A DNA stretch of 46,614 nucleotides from Candidatus Thorarchaeota archaeon (GTDB lineage Archaea > Asgardarchaeota > Thorarchaeia > Thorarchaeales > Thorarchaeaceae), in NCBI GenBank assembly GCA_003345545.1, contig PRDH01000024.1, positions 1-46,614 of the forward strand, given 5' to 3'. Shown here one piece after another: positions 45,750 through 46,614 of the stretch; the stretch's first letter is position 1, and each line of letters begins with the position of its first letter. The translations under genes were made by a program, and so were the position numbers. The notes beneath the pieces are model-generated. The model had not been told where the DNA came from. It was given only the letters and a program-made list of their open reading frames with translations, and did no database searches.

Positions 45750-46614
45750 CAGACAATATCAATCCGAATGTCAAAGAGGGATGGACTGGTCCCGGCAGAA
45801 GAGATGGAGTAATCAATCCTCTCTTGCCTGCAGATGATGCCTTGCATATCGATGTGGGCAAGAAAAACCAATTTGAGTGGTGGTATTTTGACGCTCATCT
45901 CGATGGGGGCTACACGCTTGTTGCCTTCTTCTACGCGGCGAATCCGAATCCTGGTCTAACCCAAGGCAAGATTGGCGTCGAGCTCGTTTTGCTCCGTCCA
46001 GATGGACGGAAGTCACAGAGGTTCATCAAGTACAAGAAGTCCGACTTCTCAGCTTCACGTGAGAGAGCAGAGGTAGCAATAGGAGGCAACCACCTGGAGG
46101 TTGACTACTCTCAAGGTGATCTGCCGATATACCGGATTCATCTGGATGAGAAGGAACTCGCTTTTGACCTGACATACAAGAGCCTTGTGAATGGCTGGAA
46201 ACCGGGAACTGGTTTCTCACACTTTGGGAACCTAGGGTATTTTGCATGGGTTGTTCCTTTTGCCAGAGCAGCAGTGAGTGGTACTGTCCGTGACGGAGAC
46301 AAGACTATGCAGGTTTCTGGGGTTGGCTATCATGACCATAATTGGCTCAACTTTGCCTTCTCGAGTATAATTGAATACTGGATGTGGGGACGAGTGTATT
46401 CGAAGAATTTCACAGTGTCATATGCCTTTATTCAGTGCAACCAGAAAGTGGACCGCCATGCTGTGAAAGTCCTTATGCTGGCAAAGGGCAGGGAAGTCAT
46501 TCTGAGCTCTGGCGAGTATGATTTCAATCAAGAGAACTTCGAATACAGCGAAGCGGCTGGCCATAGTTTTCCGAGGACTATCACTATCGCCGCCCCGGAA
46601 ACAACGAGTGTTCG
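45746..46614 (+). CDS. CrtC/AttH-like (lipocalin-fold) hydratase; truncated by the window end
   Basis: Not in the ORF track. Manual translation from ATG 45746 (ATGA overlap): MTDNINP...FEWWYFDAHLD...W.VP...A.VSGT...GVGYHDHNW...W.WGR. Confidence 0.82.
   Translation, partial: MTDNINPNVKEGWTGPGRRDGVINPLLPADDALHIDVGKKNQFEWWYFDAHLDGGYTLVAFFYAANPNPGLTQGKIGVELVLLRPDGRKSQRFIKYKKSDFSASRERAEVAIGGNHLEVDYSQGDLPIYRIHLDEKELAFDLTYKSLVNGWKPGTGFSHFGNLGYFAWVVPFARAAVSGTVRDGDKTMQVSGVGYHDHNWLNFAFSSIIEYWMWGRVYSKNFTVSYAFIQCNQKVDRHAVKVLMLAKGREVILSSGEYDFNQENFEYSEAAGHSFPRTITIAAPETTSV

Noticed and set aside
1-46614. Selenocysteine/pyrrolysine readthrough, frameshifts, tRNA or rRNA genes
   Set aside because: Recognised proteins appear full length at their stop codons and no RNA gene was seen by eye; a tRNAscan/Infernal run would be needed to exclude them.

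Overview
Gene-dense archaeal chromosomal segment, most likely from an Asgard archaeon (Thorarchaeia-like). This placement is inferred from Topo VI, archaeal Cdc48, and several eukaryotic-signature-like proteins: longin, roadblock, gelsolin-like, V4R and SNAP-like. About 38 CDS are supported; no rRNA, tRNA, CRISPR array or mobile element was recognised. The left half (1-24.3 kb) is the unusual part. (i) A translationally coupled pair of paralogous longin + tandem winged-helix proteins resembles NPRL2/NPRL3 of GATOR1, with a roadblock gene and an orphan NifB-like gene nearby. (ii) A top6B-top6A operon has a Top6A with a degenerate TOPRIM motif (DMSPWS instead of DxDPxG) and continues into a coiled-coil/wHTH protein and a PD-(D/E)XK nuclease; a longer paralogue of the coiled-coil/wHTH protein and an RdgC-like gene lie near the window start. 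(iii) An hsp20-cdc48 operon carries a tandem palindromic operator and is followed by V4R, polyproline-tailed membrane, gelsolin-like and SNAP-like/Ig genes. The right half is mostly metabolic and ends in a PadR-led flavoprotein/Fe-S/CrtC-like operon truncated by the window. All family calls come from motif recognition by eye, not from database searches.
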